A DNA stretch of 64,000 nt from Auanema rhodensis (lineage: Eukaryota > Animalia > Nematoda), in the NCBI GenBank assembly GCA_964057225.1, contig OZ059898.1, forward strand, positions 7,874,001-7,938,000, written 5' to 3'. A program made the position numbers and the translations under genes. Below, piece by piece: positions 12,497 through 23,936 of this stretch. The notes beneath the pieces are model-generated. The model did no database searches. It was given only the letters and a program-made list of their open reading frames with translations, and had not been told where the DNA came from. Each line of letters starts with the position of its first letter. Positions within the stretch are counted from its first letter, which is position 1.

Positions 12497-13216
12497 ATGA
12501 CCTCCTCTCTCGCCAACGTCACACTCTCTACATTCCTCGCAACTCCAACACCACTGGTCCCTCTATCGACCACTATTGAGCAAGAATGGATAGAGGTAGA
12601 AAACCTTCGCGAAGGTCTTCTACCTATCAACTGCATGAAGCCGAACTTAGGACCTATAATAAGCCTCCAAACGAGCAAATTGGAAAAGAAGACACAGCAC
12701 ATCCTATTTATGATGGAACTATTGGAGCAAAAAACCAAAAACTATAAGGAAAACGATCTGAAGGAGCTTCGCCAGCATCAAAAAAAATGGACAGAAGGAT
12801 GCTCTCTCAGCCAGAAAGAGAACAGAATCCGACACATAATGCTGGGACAACCCGCCAGAACGCAGACCACAGCTGACATCTACAAAGCAATGCCGACGTG
12901 GATAACACAGATGACACAACAAGCTGTAGGAAATAGCGGAACCGAAGAAGAAGCATCGTGGATAGAGATAGGGCAAGACCTATCAGTAGTAATCAAAAAA
13001 CTACTGACAAAAAGGACTACCAACATGTCCGCATCAAAAAGAAAGGCAAAAGCAGTTAGCCAAACCATCAGAACAATGGAGCTGCTTGGACTAGCATCAA
13101 TGACAGAAACGATCCAGGAAATTTACCAACTGGCGGATTATAGAAGAGAGGAAAGGTTTAAATCATTTATAAAATTCTATCTCTTAAAATTTTTCTCTTT
13201 ATCAATAGTTTGTTGA
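12497..13216 (+). CDS. Accessory ORF of unknown function at 3' end of Gypsy element A (239 aa)
   Basis: ATG-initiated open ORF between pol and 3' LTR; element B has an ORF at the equivalent position. Confidence 0.6.
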   Translation: MTSSLANVTLSTFLATPTPLVPLSTTIEQEWIEVENLREGLLPINCMKPNLGPIISLQTSKLEKKTQHILFMMELLEQKTKNYKENDLKELRQHQKKWTEGCSLSQKENRIRHIMLGQPARTQTTADIYKAMPTWITQMTQQAVGNSGTEEEASWIEIGQDLSVVIKKLLTKRTTNMSASKRKAKAVSQTIRTMELLGLASMTETIQEIYQLADYRREERFKSFIKFYLLKFFSLSIVC

Positions 13217-13748
13217 AAAATTTGTTTTATCTCACGCCATTTTATTTTTTTTTTATTTTTCTCTCTTAATTATTATTTGCATATAACAGCTGAGGTCAGC
13301 TGACTTGTATCCGTTGGGGCATGTTACATACATATCTCAAAGGAAAGCAGCTGACCATGGCAGCTGCTATTATAAAACTAATACAGATGGTTTTTAAGCA
13401 ATTCTGAGAATATTCTAGATGCACTTTTTATAAGCTTTGTAACATTTTGTGTAAACTGAGTAGGAGTTGTATGGATATATAAACCTGAGTCCTCAAGACT
13501 CAGGCATCTCATTATCTCATTATCTTATTTTCTCTTTATCTCATCATCATCTCTTTATATTCTCTTTCCTAACTCTAGCTTAAATCTTTGTATAATTATA
13601 TTATAATGCGAACAATAAACCTTTATATATTTCATCTCTTGTTTCTTATTTCACCTTACATTACACACTTATATTTAAAATCATACTCATCTTCTCATAG
13701 TCTGTTTGGATCTCTCAACTTGGAACCATTGAGAATCTAAATGGAACG

Positions 13749-15570
13749 CTGTGCAACAGCTCTTATCAGTTATCTGTCGATAACTAATTCCTTGCACCTC
13801 CAGTAACACCGTGGTATATGAGGTTCTGTAGATATGCTCGTACATCGGGGAGCTCCGAGTGTCGGATCTTCATGAACACAGAGGTCGTTAAGAATGTCAA
13901 GGAAGCGAGAGTATCTCTGAGACAACTTCTCAGAGAAAGATGGTCGAGATGGTCACAGAAGCTTTCTGTACCGGGCTAAGCACGACTCCTCAACTCCTCG
14001 ATAACTTCGCCTTGCTATGGCGCCCAAGATAAGCATGCTTCAAAGTCAAAAAAGGAATGTTAAATTCAAATTTAATTAGGAAAAACAAAAAGCTTACGGC
14101 ACCCGGGATTCCCAAGCCTTCTCCGATTCAAGTACTAACCGGGCCCAACGCTGCTTGACTTGCCAGATCGGACGGGATGGCGTACTTTCAACGTGGTATG
14201 GTAGTAAGCGATGCTATTCCTCTATTAGTGTATCTAGTACCTACCGCCATGCTACGGCTGTGCAACAGATCTTATCGTTCATCAGTCGATAACTGATTCC
14301 TTGCACCTCCAGTAACACCGTGGTATATGAGGTTCTGTAGATATGCTCGTACATCGTGGTCGTTAAGAATGTGAAAGAAGCGAGAGTATCTCTGAGACAA
14401 CTTCTCAGAGAAAGATGGTCGAGATGGTCACAGAAGCTTTCTGTACCGGGCTAAGCACGACTCCTCAACTTCTCGATAACTTCGCCTTGCTATGGCGACC
14501 AAGATAAGCATGCTTCAAAGTCAAAAAGGAATGTTAAATTCAAATTTAATTAGGAAAAACAAAAAGCTAACGGCACCCGGGATTCCCAAGCCGTCTCCGA
14601 TCCAAGTACTAACCGGGCCCAACGCTGCTTGACTTGCCAGATCGCACGGGATGGCGTACTTTCAACGCGGTATGGTCGTGAGCGATGCAATTCCTCTATT
14701 AGTGTATCTAGTACCTACCACCATGCTACGGCTGTGCAACAGCTCTTATCGTTCATCAGTCGATAACTGATTCCTTGCACCTCCAGTAACACCGTGGTAT
14801 ATGAGGTTCTGTAGATATGCTCGTACATCGGGGTCGTTAAGAATGTCAAAGAAGCGAGAGTATCTCGGAGACAACTTCTCAGAGAAAGATGGTCGAGATG
14901 GTCACAGAAGCTTTCTGTACCGTGCTAAGCACGACTCCACAACTCCTCAATAACTTCGCCTTGCTATGGCGACCAAGATAAGCAAGCTTCAAAGTCAAAA
15001 AAGGAATGTTAAATTCAAATTTAATTAGGAAAAACAAAAAACTTACGACACCCGGGATTCCCAAGCCGTCTCCCATCTAATTACTAACCGGGCCCAACGC
15101 TGCTTGACTTGCCAGATCGCACGGGATGGCGTACTTTCAACGCGGTATGGTCGTGAGCGATGCAATTCCTCTATTAGTGTATCTAGTACCTACCACCATG
15201 CTACGGCTGTGCAACAGCTCTTATCGTTCATCAGTCGATAACTGATTCCTTGCACCTCCAGTAACACCGTGGTATATGAGGTTCTGTAGATATGCTCGTA
15301 CATCGTGGTCGTTAAGAATGTGAAAGAAGCGAGAGTATCTCTGAGACAACTTCTCAGAGAAAGATGGTCGAGATGGTCACAGAAGCTTTCTGTACCGGGC
15401 TAAGCACGACTCCTCAACTTCTCGATAACTTCGCCTTGCTATGGCGACCAAGATAAGCAAGCTTCAAAGTCAAAAAAGGAATGTTAAATTCAAATTTAAT
15501 TAGGAAAAACAAAAAACTTACGACACCCGGGATTCCCAAGCCGTCTCCCATCTAAGTACTAACCGGGCCC
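13749..15570 (-). repeat. 5S rDNA units, degenerate (genes ~14091-14209, 14565-14683, 15040-15158; 3' half 15515-15570)
   Basis: Same unit with multiple substitutions in the genes and a ~32-bp spacer insertion at ~13851. Confidence 0.92.
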
Positions 15571-15909
15571 TGTCGCTTGACAATTGGACTTTTACCTCCA
15601 AGTATCAGTCCAAGTATGGAGTTGGTTCGTATGAGTGCGGTATTATGCGTTAAGACAAGTAAAATGAAGAAAGGTTTATTCAACAAATGCAACAACAGTA
15701 AAGTGAATTACAGCAAGTGGATTGATTTTAGAACTTCCTAGAAAATCCTAAAATCAATTCAAAAATTGGTGAGACATAAAAAGTTCTCCCTTTTATAGGG
15801 AGGCACCAGATGGTTCAAGGGGAGGAGAATGTTCTTGCAAAAACAAAGTAAAAATGAGTTACAGTATAAAATTTACATATTTTTTCACGTCGACCGTGAC
15901 AGTCCGCGC

Positions 15910-16395
15910 CTAAAGTCTTCTTTTTTTGTTTGCTGAGCAGAGAGCAAAATGATGATCTGTTCCTTGACAGCGACTACAGGTTATGTTGCACTTGTCCATG
16001 TGTGCGGGGGCCAGGCATTTCACACAGATTCTTAGATGGTTACATCTGAGTGATCTGTGGTGGGCAGTTGAATATACTGGACAGTTGAACGAGCGATGGC
16101 CATCGGCAGGAGTTGATTCACAGAATAGGCATGAGTTAGGGTTCTTTAGGTTGGCTAGATTGTTGGTATTGTTGAGAAGAAGCTGCGATTGCAAATAGAG
16201 TTGGTCAATTTTTGCGTTTAGTTGCTCCAGAGCAGCTTCAATGTTGGAAGCACAAAGACGACTCTTTTCTTCAAGAATAATAATATGCTTCAGTTTTAAC
16301 GGTTCGCTTGGAAGCTGCTCCATATTTGAAAGCTTCAAATCATCGATGATTGATAGGAGGTTATCGTTCATTCTGACCGAAGTAGGTTCGGTCAT
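15910..16395 (-). CDS. Accessory coiled-coil plus triple zinc-knuckle protein of family C
   Basis: MTEPTSVRMND...CLFCESTPADGHRSFNC...CVKCLAPAHMDKC..CSRCQGTDHHFALC..KKRRL; preceded by a CTTCAG acceptor; ends 8 bp before the 3' LTR. Confidence 0.75.
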   Translation of the reverse strand: MTEPTSVRMNDNLLSIIDDLKLSNMEQLPSEPLKLKHIIILEEKSRLCASNIEAALEQLNAKIDQLYLQSQLLLNNTNNLANLKNPNSCLFCESTPADGHRSFNCPVYSTAHHRSLRCNHLRICVKCLAPAHMDKCNITCSRCQGTDHHFALCSANKKRRL

Positions 16396-16531
16396 AATGA
16401 TCGTCCGCAACTGAAGTATTTGTGAAATTTATCTCTATTTATACTATATTTTTGTACCTCCCCCTTGAATTTTTCTATTGTTTTCTTTAGATTCAAAAAA
16501 AAATTTTTTTTTATAGTTGTAGTTGTTGCAG

Positions 16532-16887
16532 ATGTCACAAATACCGTATCAGATTGAAGAGGAGATGGGAGAAGACGAGCTCGGTCCATATGAACTATGC
16601 GATCGATGTAAGGCGCAGGACACTCATCGCATACGGGAAGGCCCGGTAAGTATTGTTTTTTATTTATTTATTTATTTATATATTTATATATTTATTTATT
16701 ATTTTTTTTTATCTCAGTATTGTTGCAGATGACGGACGATGAGCTTTATCCGGAGGATGGAGTTGAGCCAACTCGGGAGCAGCTCATATACATGTTCCAG
16801 AGGATGCCGTTGCCTCCCAACTGCAGATTCTGCAGGGCAAAGAATCCCCGTCACCACGAATGTGTGAATTTTTTAAAGTGTTTTTAA
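16532..16887 (+). CDS. Antisense spliced accessory gene of family C (exons 16532-16645 and 16729-~16887), acidic CxxC protein
   Basis: TTGCAG|ATG, 114-nt exon, GTAAGT donor, AT-rich intron, TTGCAG acceptor, phase 0; conserved with the copy at 30281-30613. Confidence 0.7.
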
Positions 16888-18177
16888 ATTGTTCTTATAG
16901 CTAATTAATAAAGTTTTTTTTTCTTTTTTTTTTATTACTACAGTAAGATTAGTGTTTTAATTTTTATTTGTGCTAGACTCAGCTCAGTGTCTAGGATTTC
17001 TGAGCATTTTTCTCATTAATGATGTAATTATCATCACAATTTTTATTATCTGAATGATTAGTTTTTGTATGCTTATGATTATGATTATTATAATGATTGT
17101 TTGTACCCCTATTATATAAGATAATACTGGTATGAAAACAGTTATCAGGAGTAAGCATATCGATAATGCCCAATTTGTTTTAACTACATTCAGAATGTTT
17201 CTCCAGGTGTTAGCATTTGTCACAATGTTGATGATTGTTTTTTCAACATCTGGAATTTCACTATCCCATTGTAAGGTTCTTTGTATGATCATGCGGTGTT
17301 TTTCATTGGCACATGTTACAAAGCATTCTTCATAGATTTCAGAATTCTCTGAGTAATATTCCACAGCTGTAAGTGGCATGTGTGGAGCGCATTCAATCAT
17401 GTATATGTTCTCACTACATTGCATTGTGATCCAAGACTCCTTTTGTGATATACACATGAACTCGGCAACAGCCGTTCTTCTGCAGCTGTGACACCCGGAA
17501 AGTTTTTTAAATTCCGGTCGACAAGGAAAGTCGTACAGGAAGGTTCGAGACGACACATTCCCTTGTAGTTGAAGAACAACAGTTGATTCATCAGTTTGAG
17601 GAATAAGTGTTAATTTGTTTTCTTTCATGGTAATTAGGGTGTTCTTGGTTCATGGGTAATAAGTTTGCCTGATTGAAAATATTATCAGATGGACAGGTAC
17701 ATGTTAGTTCTTCCCTTTTTGATATTTTGCAGTTACACAACCTCAGTATTTTACAAGAGTTAAATTCATTTGTAGTTTGATATTTGGTTTTGCATGCTAC
17801 TTCACTCATAGTATGAGGTTCCATGTAATAACTGTTTAATGTTGATAATGCATATTTGGTGTTTAAATATCGGGTTGGTGGCACAATATGGGAGATTGAG
17901 CTTATATTAAAGTTTGGAAAATTAACAGTGTCGTATGGTTTTAAAAGAATATTAATATTGGCTTTGTGTTTAAATAGATCATACTTTAGCTCTAATGGTA
18001 TATTTATTTCCCACGAATCACATTCTACTATTTCATAAACTATTTCTTTGATTGGTTTAAATTCAGTTTGATAGAATGAGCAACCGTCTTCTAGAGACCA
18101 ACATCCGCAGAAAAGAGAACCACATCGCCTTGCACAACCAACTTGTGTTGGTCCTTCTTTTTTATCAAATTCTTGTA

Positions 18178-19725
18178 CACTGTGGTGCAAAATATTGTAA
18201 CCTCTTTATTTTAACATTTTTTTTTTCAAATGACGTTTTGTTCCAAATCTTTTTGTATTGTTTAGAAGCTTTTAAATTAACAAACATTTTATTATTGAGA
18301 GGAAAATTAATTAACAATATGGATGTGAGAAAAAGTGAAAATATTTTTTTTACAATTTTTGGGCAAAAATGAAGTTAAACAAAAAATTTAAAAAACACAA
18401 TTTTAATATGAAGTAGGACCTCCATTGTTTTCAATTACCTGAGCTAAACGTCTTGGCATGCTTGATGTCAAATTTGAACAGGTTTCAATTGATAGGAGGT
18501 CCCATGCATTTAAAATTGCTGTCCGAAGTTGTCTAGTATTTTCATACTGTCTTCCATCTTCGTACAGCTTTTTAACAAGAATACCCCATAGATTTTCTAT
18601 AGGGTTTAGATCAGGGGAATTGGAAGGCCATTTCAAAACACTAATATTATGTTCATCCAACCATGTTTTTGTGGACCAACTGGCATGGATGGGGGCATTA
18701 TCTTGTTGAAAAATCAAATTTTCACCAGGATAACTGTTGATATAAGGAATCAGACTATCTTGTAGGATAGCCTGATAGTCCTCGGAGTTTAGCGTGTTAG
18801 TTGTGAATTGGATCTGCAACTTTCCCGTTCAGGAAAATGCAGCCCAAACCATAACTGAACCTCCTCCAGCGGTACGCTTTGAGAAGTACCTCGACTCCTT
18901 ACGAAGGTCCCTCCAATAATTATGGACTCCGTCAGGACCATCGAGGTTAAACTTCTTCTCATCAGAAAATATGACCTAGAACAAAGAAATTAAAATCTAA
19001 GTTTTTTATATTCTGTTTACTTTTGTCCACTCTCGCTCCTCATTCTCTTCGGCAAAAATGACCCTATTTCTCTTATGAACAGGGGTCAAAAACGGGGCTT
19101 TCCTCATTTTAGCTCTCTTTATGGTTGTCGCTTGTGACAGAACCTTGCGTACCGTCCATCTCGATACGTTTAAATGCAGTTTGCCTGCAATAGTACTACA
19201 ACTGTTAGTAGAATTAGACGCTAAAAGTATAATTCGCCTCTTATCCCTGTCATTCAAAACAGGCTTCCTACCACAATTTGAACGTCTTGAATTGACGCTA
19301 CCTTCTGATAAAAAGCGGGTCACCGTGCTTCGTGCACGGCCCAGATTCTTGGCAATTGCTCGATGGCTCCAACCCGCGACAGAAAAGGCGTGGATTTGAG
19401 CTTTCTCAGCAACTGACAAGTCTCTGGTTCCGGGCATTATTCAGGTAAAGCCTGAATAAATTTCAAGAATTAGCAAAAATATTCAAAAAATTAAGTTGAA
19501 AGCAAAAAAAATTATTTTAAAGTTTTTTTTGATGATAGTAATGATCGCTGAAAAAAAGGTTTTGTTCATATATCTTTTTTATGACATGCGTTGACACCTT
19601 GCTTTATTTATGGTTTGACACATGTAGAAGTGTTTATTATTTATTTGTGAACATTGTTCAGAAAAATATTGATATTAAAAAAATTTAGATTTTTTTCGAG
19701 AGGTTACTATATTTTGCACCACAGG
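18178..19725 (-). mobile_element. Tc1/mariner (Tc3-like, DD34E) DNA transposon
   Basis: ~28-bp TIRs CACTGTGGTGCAAAATATTGTAACCTCT / AGAGGTTACTATATTTTGCACCACAGG; TA TSD at 18176-18177 and 19726-19727. Removing it restores env ...GEL-QEFD... Confidence 0.93.
18403..19437 (-). pseudogene. Tc3-like transposase, 45-bp intron (18976-19020), one in-frame TGA at 18829-18831
   Basis: HTH N-terminus; [41 protein letters not shown] motifs. Confidence 0.9.
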
Positions 19726-20520
19726 TAATTCTCCAATAGGATTTATAGCTTCACAAGTGTGATTACGAGATCCTGTTCCATAATAGGAATATTGAGTTTT
19801 GTATTGAATTGTGCTTTCTCGAGTATAATATAGCGTACTTTTCTGGCAAATGTATTCTGTTGGTTTTTTCGTTATTTCTATTTTACCGATAGATTTATTT
19901 TGGTAAATGAATTCTAAGCAAGCGTCTCTTATGCCTTTATTGAAAATGATTTCATTATCGTATTCTTGATAACAATTTGTTCTATTAATGCAAATTATAT
20001 TTATTGAATGCTTAATATGTGAGTTTGAACAAGATTCCACTGTTATTAATAATACCATGAGTGCTATGGATAATTGTAATGAAGTGAATGATGATGTTCT
20101 CATGTAATTTGGAATTTTAATAGTTTCTGGAATATCATTTTTCCATTTTGGAGTTACATTGTCAAATTTCGTGGTTACTGTGTTTTCCCTTTGTACGACT
20201 ACATCGTCTGAACTTGTTAATATTTTTGAATCAGGTTTTCCACTTCTAACTTCGGTTAGTATTGTTTGCCAATTATCATTTAAAAATTTATACCAATATT
20301 GATCATTTTATGAGCTTTCAATATTCTTTTAAAAATTGCTAATATAGTAAATAATAGCATAATTGGTATGAAAAAAGTTATCAAAGTCGCTAATGAATTA
20401 CATTGTGGGAAATATAATGCTTCCGCTGTTAGCAATTCAGAGGATTGGCATGTAGCCTCAACCGTTGGAATTATTCCAATAAGAGCTACTTTTGGAACAA
20501 TCGTTTTCATTTTATTTTTC

Positions 20521-23481
20521 TTAAAATAACTTTAACCATCTATTCAGATTTGATGGTGTGGATTCGTTTTCGGTTTGCAGAGTTATCTCATTTGTTTGAT
20601 CTTTCGCTTGCTCTAAGTTCGTATCATTAGAATCATTTTCGTTTCCTGCTTCGTTGATGATATTCATGTTGGGTGTATAAATGTCGAGTGGTATTACATC
20701 GTTATTTTGTTCACTTTCTTGAGTGTTTTCAAGGTGTTCAATATTTTCAACATTTTCAACCCGATTTCCTTTTTGTTTTACCGTTCCGCTGATTGAAAAA
20801 GAATTCACTTGGTATTTTTTATTGTATCTCATTGAGTGAGGTTCTGACGCAAACGGTGCTGCTTCTGCGTTTCTCACTTCTAGTGGATATATGTGGTTTA
20901 ATGAACGAATTGTTATAAGACCAGTGCCAGTTATTAGTTTTGCAGATCTAACTTCCCCATCTGAACTTTTTATCAGTTCTATTATGCGTCCTAATTTCCA
21001 TTTACCTCTACTTGAATCATCATTTTGTATTATAATAACTTCGCCTTCTTGTGGTTTCATTAGCGTGTATTGCAGGTTGTTTTCTGTTGTGTTTGTAAAT
21101 ATCTCTAAGATAAAGTAAATACTCGGAATAGAATTTTTTCCAGAATAGTTGAGTTACATAGTTAGATAACTCTATTGCTTCAATGGCTTGCTCTATAGTT
21201 TGTATTGTCCTGCTATTGATAGTTTTATCATAAATTCGGGTATTCGATACGTTTGCAGAAAGTGTAAACCTGATGGAACGGTTTAAAAAATCACAAGGTC
21301 TGATAGGCAAAATGTTCAGGTTGGATGGGTTTGGATGTGTAAGCGGGCAAGTATTCAAAATTGTTTCGATTTTTACAATTACTGTATGTATATCATCAAA
21401 TGACATTAATTTATTTCCAATTGTTTTGTATAGTGCTAACTTTGTTAGTCCTACTAGTCTTTTCCATGTTCCACCTTTCCATGGAGCCTGTGGTGTGTTG
21501 AAGTACCATTTAATATTCTTTTCGGCAAGATAATTGGTTAATGTTTTTTCATTTTTTGATTCATGGTTTTCTGTGTAAAACTCTATTACTTTAGCACTTA
21601 ATAACAAGTTTCCTCCATTATCGCTTCGTATTATTTCTGGAATACCTCTTCTTCCAATGAACCTTTCAAAAGCGTTTAAGAATGCCTTTGTTGATTGGTC
21701 AAAAACTATTTCTAAGTGTATAGCTCTTATAGCTAAACAAGTAAACAGACATATAAATATCTTTTTACCATCCTTTATGGTTATTGGACCTAATGAGTCA
21801 CAACCTGTACTCATGAATGGTTTTGTTAGAATAACTCTATCCTTAGGCAATGCTGGCATTAAGGACGTTCCAAACGGCAAAGCGTTGTATCTATTGCAGA
21901 TTGTTTTGAGAACTGATCTGACTATGCTTGATGGTCTACTTAAAAAGTATTTTTGACGCAAGAGTGTTAGAACAAAATCTCGCCCTTGGTGCATGCATTC
22001 TCTGTGTAAATGCATAATTATGTGTTCTGTGTACAGAGAATCCCTTGGAAGATACATGGGATTTTGAGTTCCAAACGGTAATTCCGAGTTGTTCAATCTA
22101 CTACGAACTCTTACGATACAAAACCTTTATGTTTTTTCGTGAGGAGATCTATTGTTACATGCTGTTGTGCTTTACTTATTAATAATTTGGTTATAATCTC
22201 ACTATCATTAGCTGTACTTTCCCAGTTTTTATCTAATTGCATTACCTTATTCAACCTTGTTGTAGCTGTGGGATGAACTTTTATGATCCAATGTCTCAAG
22301 AATTTACTTAATTTAACTATAGTTTTCAGTAAGGTATAGTTGTTGCTACGTAGTTTAAATATATCTTCAACTGGTATTTTTGTTATTTGTTGTTGTTCAA
22401 CGGTATCGATCAAGGTTGTTATATTCCAAATAGGCTCATATTCAATTTCTTCAATGTGTGATTTTGTTTGGGTTAACCATTGTGGTCCTTTAATCCACAT
22501 AGAATCACTTAGTTCTTGGAGACAAGCTCCTCGAGAACCAATATCGGCTGGGTTATAATCACCATTCACATGAAAAAGTTTGATTTTAATGTTATTTTCC
22601 TTCAATTTATCTATATACTTCCTTACATTGTCGACACGACAGCCTACATATGGTGGTAAAGTTTTCTGATGGTTAGCTATCCAATGTAAAGCTACCTTAC
22701 TGTTACTGGCTACGTGTACAGTTTGAAGATGATTGGTTGTAGATGTGATATTATCAGCTAACATAATACCTAATAGTATGGCAATCAGTTCTAGTCTTGG
22801 GATAGTCAGATTTCCTTTTTTTGCAATTTTCGACTTTCCACTTACAAGTTGGCTTATTTTACCATTGGTTTCAATGTATGTGCAGGCAGCAATGGCTAGT
22901 TTACTAGCATCAGTAAATACCCATAATATAGAGTCATTCAGATTTAACTTTCGTTTAAGTCTCAATTCCTTTTCATTTAATGATTCATTTATGGCTAAAT
23001 TCCATTTATGTGTTATTTCTTTGGGTAATTCAACATCCCAACCCTTGAATTGATCACTTGATTCTCTTAATATCAATTTTAATGGTAAAATCAATGGGCT
23101 TGCCATACCTAATGGATCAAATATTGAATGTATTTGACTTAACATGTTCCTGTGCGTGTTGATTTCAAATTTCTTTAATTTAAGTATAAGAAGTTTATTT
23201 GTGAGTTTATTCTCCAAAATATTCAAGTAATTTTTAACTCTTGCACATTCATTCTCTTGCGCAATTATTTGATTTACCGGCTCAGACAATTCAGAGTAAT
23301 CGGTCATTTTCTTATAGTTTTCAACTTTAGAATTCAGTTTATTCAAAAATTCTAATTCTCTCCCCATTTGGAGAATATATCTTTGAGCGGAGGACATTAT
23401 TTTAGCCTTCCTCAATGGATATTTCAGATTCAGCGATATTTTTATCGTCTTATTGTTTCTTGACAAGTGATTTCTTATCAA
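20521..23481 (-). pseudogene. C1 pol remnant: Gag N-terminus fused to RNase H region, then integrase and C-terminal domain
   Basis: IFDPLG, VFTDAS, TIPRLEL, NPADIGSRG, RFIGRRGIP..IRSDNG, WKLGRI; deletion junction at ~23200; frameshifts. Confidence 0.9.
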
Positions 23482-23936
23482 CTCGGATTTTCTACGAGTT
23501 CTTCGGAATTTATTTCTCCGGCGGTTCTATATAACCTTTAACACAGTGTTCTTTGGAATTCAACTGAATGATCCTGCCGTGGTCGCCAAATGTCGCTTGA
23601 CAACTGGACTTTTACCTCCAAGTATCAGTCCAAGTATGGAGTCGGTTCGTATGAATGCTGTGTTATCATCGGGGTCCTTGAGAATGTCAAAGAAGCGAGA
23701 GTATCTCTGAGACAACTTCTCAGAGAAAGATGGTCCAGATGGTCACAGAAGCTTTCTGTACCGTGCTAAGCACGACTCCTCAACTCCTCAATAACTTCGC
23801 CTTGCTATGGCGACCAAGATCAGCTTGCATCAAAGTCAAAAAAGGAATGTTAAATTCAAATTTAATTAGAAAAAACAAAAAGCTTACGGCACCCGGGATT
23901 CCCAAGCCGTCTCCGATCCAAGTACTAACCGGGCCC

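Larger units (their letters stand above)
7276..13748 (+). mobile_element. Ty3/Gypsy LTR retrotransposon (element A), internally deleted
   Basis: LTRs 7276-8120 (interrupted by a solo LTR) and 13322-13748, TGTTACAT...ATGGAACG. 4-bp TSD CTGT (7272-7275 / 13749-13752). PBS 8121-8138. RT-RNaseH-integrase domain order. Confidence 0.93.
16984..20510 (-). pseudogene. Phlebovirus-like envelope glycoprotein remnant of C1, interrupted by Tc3-like transposon
   Basis: Cys-rich ORFs 19675-20103, 17591-18190 (fusion-loop-like GCARRCGSLFCGCWSLEDGC) and 16984-17628 (GCHSC, C-terminal TM); aligns by eye with env of the 2405-aa ORF. Confidence 0.85.
15571..23666 (-). mobile_element. BEL/Pao element C1 with env, internally deleted; 5' LTR truncated
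   Basis: 3' LTR 15571-15901 abuts 5S GGGCC site. 5' LTR remnant 23591-23666. PBS TGGCGACCACGGCAGGAT (~23571-23588, tRNA-Arg-like). RNase H, integrase and env remnants. Confidence 0.92.
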
